From the IMG/VR virus record IMGVR_UViG_3300042402_000298, positions 1 through 55,719 of that record: 55,719 nucleotides of DNA; one strand, written 5' to 3'. Shown in pieces: positions 51,831 to 55,719 of this stretch (position 1 is the first letter of the stretch; each line of letters starts with the position of its first letter). The notes under the pieces were generated by a model, which was given only the letters and a program-made list of their open reading frames with translations, made no database searches and was not told where the DNA came from. The translations under genes and the position numbers were made by a program. The stretch comes from a virus. Its lineage: Duplodnaviria > Caudoviricetes.

Positions 51831-54317
51831 TTAAACTCCTAAGTTACGTTGTGCTGCTTCCTGCAGCGATAGGGCAGTTTCCTGCTGTTCCTTCTGTAAA
51901 TTGGCACCCTCAACCGTCAGGTCGGCGGCTTTCATGCGCTCTTTCGTCAGGTTGTTCTCGGTGTTCATAGCGACTTCTGTCTGCAGCTTCTGGGTCTGCA
52001 ACTGGATGTCCGCCTGATCGCGCATCTGGCGACGCTGGGTCTCAGCCATCGACGCCTGCAATACAGCCTGCGAGTCAGGATCCATCTGCGTAGCCTGCTG
52101 CTGGCGCTGCTGCGTCATCTGGGAAATCAACTGACCCAACTGCTGCAGGGCAGGCATAACCTTCTCAAAGACCTTCTGCGTGTCCATCTTGACGTGTTCT
52201 GAGGCCACCGCAATCGTCTGATCAATCGGCTTCGTCATGCCCTTCTCATCGTACTTCTGCAAGTTCAAGCCCGTATCGCCCGCGGCGTACTGGGTCATCT
52301 GATCCTTGTACCAAAGCACCATGTGCTGCTTGATGTGTTCCATCTCCTGCGGCAAACAGGTCATCGCGATGATCGGGTTGCTGCCTAAAGTCGGGTCTAA
52401 AGAAAAGTTCAGGTGGCTCATAATATGAGCTAGGTGATCCTGACCGGGATACGCAAAGGCAGGCTTACCCAGCGCCATCGCCATGTTTTCATCAATCGCG
52501 TTCATCTCACCCGGCTTGATCGCTGCAGGCATTAATTCCGCCACGTTCGGCACTTTCATCTGCTTTAACGCACGGGAAACCACAGCTCGGCGGTCAAACA
52601 GGTCGGGATTCTGTTGCGACAGCGAAATAACCGCCTGCATTTGGGCAATACGCTGCGTCTCACTGAAAATATGCGGGTCAGACACCGGAACAACGTCTGA
52701 ATTGCGCATGAAATCTTCTTTGGAGACAGGCAAATCAGCGACAACGTCACCTTTTTGCTGCTCATCCAGATACCAACGGTTAATCCGCCCCAAAATCATC
52801 AAAACGCGCTTCTGCGACTCGTGCAAACGGGCATGAATTGAAGAAAATACCGCTGCGCCCTGCTCAATCAGCGCCTGAGTCGTGCCCACAGGGGCATTTG
52901 ACGTGACATCGGCAATCTTTTCCTCTGCCGTAGTCACTACACCCTTAGCCTGCGTGGTCAGCCAGCCCAAAAGCTCGAACAAAACAGCACTTGGCGGGTT
53001 AAATGGTAAGGGCATCGCGATCTTGCGCACGTCATCCACGCCCGGGGCGCCTTCAATCTCGATAACTTGCGTCACATCGATAGAATCTGACTGCCCGGAG
53101 ATCTTCCCGCCCTTCAACTTCATCATCGTGGCAGAGTTATTGATGTGCGCAGTGTCCAGAAGCGCCCGCAAAGCACCCGTTAGAGCCGCCGACATGCCCC
53201 CAATGATGTGCGGCAGGCCTACAGCGTAGGCGCCACGCCACGGAATGAACTTAAACTCGACGATCCAGTCGAGCTTCGTCATCGTTTCGTCGCCCTCTTC
53301 CCAGTTACGGTACAGACCAAGCATCTCGTGGTCGTTGGCATCGATCATCATGATGTACGGCGCCCACTTACCGTCGGTGCGGTCATCCTCATCAAGCTCA
53401 AGCCATGTATAGACGTGGTAGACGGTGCGTAGGCCGTCCACGTTGTCACTCATGGACTTGCCTTCAATCTTGTCGTTCGCCTTCTCTGCGCCGCTCTGCT
53501 CGGGTTCTAGGGTGCTTCTGATGAACTGCACGTCCCGATACAGGCCGCGGTCGATGCGCTGCTTGAATTCGAAGTCCGTAATCTCGTGAACTTCGGTCAC
53601 GCGCTGGGCTGTGTAGAAGTTGCCAGCAGCGAAAGGCAGGTAAATGTTGTCGATAGGAACGAATTCAGCGCAAGGACGGCGCTTTTTGTCGTCATACCAG
53701 AGCTTCAGGTACTGCGAACCACCCAGCGGGAGCTGCGTGAGCATCTGTTCTTGCTCATCACGGTACTCTTCGATCTGCTCGGTGAGCTGCCAGTTCATGT
53801 AATCGCGCTTACGCTCAGCGACTTCCATCTTCTCAGGCGTCACTTCGCCCAAAATCTTTGTGCGGGTCGGGCCATCAGGTGGGAACAGCTCCTTAATCGC
53901 CCTCGATGCAAAGTCGATACAGGTCTCCACCATGATCGGATGGACGACTTTCGAGGCGCCTTGGAAGTTAGCGCCACCCGGAGCGTCGTTACCCATGCCA
54001 GTACGACGTAGACCATCTTCGTATTGCTTGTCGCGGCCCTTGCGATCCTCTTTATCCTTCTCAATCAGGTCGAGGTAGCGCATGGCGACCGAGTCCAAGT
54101 CCATAGGATTCAGCACATCAGCCAAGTTTTGGTAGAAGTCTTCGTCTTCAGAGGGCGTCTTGAAGCCCTTCTCCATCGATACAACGACGGAACCGTCTGG
54201 CAACTCTTCCAGATCGTCCTCATCGATGTCCAGCTCTACCTCAGCGCCACCTTCGGCGTTCTCTTTTAGTCCGCTGATGAACCGCCCGAACTCCGGGTCT
54301 ACAGGCATCTCAGGCAT
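51831..54317 (-). CDS. Portal protein (P22-like, with long C-terminal coiled coil)
   Basis: 828 aa; GASKVVHP, RKRDYMNWQL, APVGTTQALIEQG; position. Confidence 0.85.
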   Translation of the reverse strand: MPEMPVDPEFGRFISGLKENAEGGAEVELDIDEDDLEELPDGSVVVSMEKGFKTPSEDEDFYQNLADVLNPMDLDSVAMRYLDLIEKDKEDRKGRDKQYEDGLRRTGMGNDAPGGANFQGASKVVHPIMVETCIDFASRAIKELFPPDGPTRTKILGEVTPEKMEVAERKRDYMNWQLTEQIEEYRDEQEQMLTQLPLGGSQYLKLWYDDKKRRPCAEFVPIDNIYLPFAAGNFYTAQRVTEVHEITDFEFKQRIDRGLYRDVQFIRSTLEPEQSGAEKANDKIEGKSMSDNVDGLRTVYHVYTWLELDEDDRTDGKWAPYIMMIDANDHEMLGLYRNWEEGDETMTKLDWIVEFKFIPWRGAYAVGLPHIIGGMSAALTGALRALLDTAHINNSATMMKLKGGKISGQSDSIDVTQVIEIEGAPGVDDVRKIAMPLPFNPPSAVLFELLGWLTTQAKGVVTTAEEKIADVTSNAPVGTTQALIEQGAAVFSSIHARLHESQKRVLMILGRINRWYLDEQQKGDVVADLPVSKEDFMRNSDVVPVSDPHIFSETQRIAQMQAVISLSQQNPDLFDRRAVVSRALKQMKVPNVAELMPAAIKPGEMNAIDENMAMALGKPAFAYPGQDHLAHIMSHLNFSLDPTLGSNPIIAMTCLPQEMEHIKQHMVLWYKDQMTQYAAGDTGLNLQKYDEKGMTKPIDQTIAVASEHVKMDTQKVFEKVMPALQQLGQLISQMTQQRQQQATQMDPDSQAVLQASMAETQRRQMRDQADIQLQTQKLQTEVAMNTENNLTKERMKAADLTVEGANLQKEQQETALSLQEAAQRNLGV

Positions 54318-54328
54318 GATTTGTTCCT

Positions 54329-55561
54329 TTAGTTAACTGTCCAGATAGATTTCACAGCGCCGCCCTCTGCAAATGCAGGCGCCTGCACATATAGACCGCC
54401 ATCAGACATGTCGGGGTCGCTGCTGTACTCATTCACTTCGCCGCCATCAGCCATGCCAAGATGCTTCTGCAGCATCTCATTAAAGCGGGATTCGTAGTCC
54501 ACGGCGCCACCCTCAGCCATGCCGAGGTGCTTTTGAAGCATCTCGTTGAAACGTGATTCGTAATCGACCGCACCACCTTCTGCCATCGTGACTGCGCCAC
54601 CAGCTTTGTACGACTGCCCCTTCTTGGCGGAGTTACGCATCGCGTCGGTCAGGTCGATGAAGTAGACCGTCTCAGTTTTATTGCCCAAGGCGCTTTGGAA
54701 TTCGCGCACATATTTACTTACAGAGCGTTCGCCCTCGTTAGGCCAAAATGCATTTGCAAATCGACCATTTACCCCATTGGGATACTTGTTTTCAAACCAA
54801 TCTCTGAAAGCGGGCCAAGTATTTTGTTCTTTACCCACAACCAACTTAGTCTCACCTAACTTACCACCGTGCTGCTTGGCGTACTTCTCGAGGAAGTTCT
54901 TGTAGGTCTTGTCGTAATACTGCTTCATACCCTCGCCGCCGACTTTGAGGTCGAGGCCAGCAAGCCTATTCACTCCTTGATTGGCAGTTGCCTCTCCAGC
55001 GCCAGAAACAATCTTTTCAGCAATCTCTTTGCCTAATTGCGCTTTAATTTCATCTTTTGTGAAATTGCCTTGCAGCACAACATTCCCGTCTACGCCCTGC
55101 GCCTCAACATAATATTTCCCTGAGCTTGAAGGCCCGCGACTAAAATCAATCGCACCAACATGTTTTGACAAGTCATAGCGATCAGCCTGCCGCGCACCCG
55201 TCGTCAGGTACACGCGATCCATGCCGGTGTCTGCAGCTTCTTTGATCGCCCGCTTCAGGCCAAGCTGATACCAGTTGTCTTTGAAGGGGGCGTTGGGAAC
55301 ACCTTGAGCCGCTTGAGTAATTTTGCTATGCCAATCATCCACTCGTTTGCTCAAAGCGTTCCATTCTGCATCTGACAGATTTCGTTTGCCGCCATAAAAC
55401 TTATTAAAGTCTTCTTTGGCTAACGCCTCTATGTCTTGAACAGATTGATTACCCTTATATCCTCTCTCGCGCCCTTTCTGATGCCAGTCAGACTGCAGCT
55501 CATCGATCAACAGACCACGCTTGCCTTCTTCGTCAACATGATCAGCGACACGCAGGTGGAA
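54329..55561 (-). CDS. C-terminal 410 aa of the 1426-aa protein that begins at 3048
   Basis: In frame across the circular junction; LIDELQSDWHQ domain and MAxGG repeats. Confidence 0.85.
   Translation of the reverse strand, partial: FHLRVADHVDEEGKRGLLIDELQSDWHQKGRERGYKGNQSVQDIEALAKEDFNKFYGGKRNLSDAEWNALSKRVDDWHSKITQAAQGVPNAPFKDNWYQLGLKRAIKEAADTGMDRVYLTTGARQADRYDLSKHVGAIDFSRGPSSSGKYYVEAQGVDGNVVLQGNFTKDEIKAQLGKEIAEKIVSGAGEATANQGVNRLAGLDLKVGGEGMKQYYDKTYKNFLEKYAKQHGGKLGETKLVVGKEQNTWPAFRDWFENKYPNGVNGRFANAFWPNEGERSVSKYVREFQSALGNKTETVYFIDLTDAMRNSAKKGQSYKAGGAVTMAEGGAVDYESRFNEMLQKHLGMAEGGAVDYESRFNEMLQKHLGMADGGEVNEYSSDPDMSDGGLYVQAPAFAEGGAVKSIWTVN
54455..54586 (-). repeat. Two tandem 66-bp coding repeats (MAEGGAVDYESRFNEMLQKHLG)
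   Basis: Identical 22-aa peptides; 14 of 22 codons differ synonymously. Confidence 0.95.
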
Positions 55562-55719
55562 TAGCACGTTAGGCTCATCGCCGTGGTGTGTTTCGTGCAT
55601 GAAGTCACTAACACCTTCGCGATCAGCCTTTTCAATCGCGGCGTTGTATTCCGCCCTCGACATGTTTTTAATTGACGGGCGATTGCTGTGCAAGCCAACA
55701 CGAATCTCACGGTAGTTCT
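55562..55719. repeat. Terminal direct repeat (right copy)
   Basis: Duplicate of 1-158. Confidence 0.95.

Noticed and set aside
1-55719. Stop-codon reassignment or prophage/integrase module
   Set aside because: Genes tile densely in code 11 with TAG used as a stop (e.g. 19216, 24791); no integrase or host flanks recognised

Overview
Apparently complete genome (about 55,561 bp non-redundant) of a podovirus-like dsDNA tailed phage. Bases 1-158 recur at 55562-55719 with one mismatch inside a coding region, so the contig is circular or circularly permuted. The host is inferred to be Gram-negative because the phage encodes nested Rz/Rz1 spanins. No integrase, DNA polymerase, CRISPR array, reverse transcriptase or canonical tRNA was recognised. 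From a divergent promoter region at about 13.4 kb, a + strand block (13.5-19.2 kb) carries short cassette-like accessory genes, an SSB-like protein and a PD-(D/E)xK exonuclease. A - strand block (13.4-7.0 kb) carries a Cro-like HTH, a DUF1376 initiator, DnaB, a DUF559 endonuclease, RuvC-like and HNH-like genes. An ~870 bp non-coding region (6.13-7.0 kb) is packed with abutting structured-RNA-like elements. A ~42 kb - strand late block follows: terS, terL, a 1426-aa multi-domain protein spanning the contig ends (only partly seen by the ORF track), portal, GroES, scaffold, capsid, tail and fibres, lysis genes and five likely ejection proteins. The most notable observations are: (i) a hydrophobic-x-x-Gly-Gly motif (MAEGG/FADGG/YKKGG) repeated about 30 times, concentrated in late proteins and at domain junctions, including a 22-aa duplication with 14 synonymous and 0 non-synonymous changes, suggesting an uncharacterised processing or capsid-loading code; (ii) a dense ncRNA array with a P4-CI/P1-C4-like element and a pseudoknotted leader in front of the late operon; (iii) a two-state pseudoknot over the initiator RBS; (iv) an accessory gene array joined by repeated RBS+start junction sequences. 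All family assignments come from motif recognition by eye; no database searches were run.
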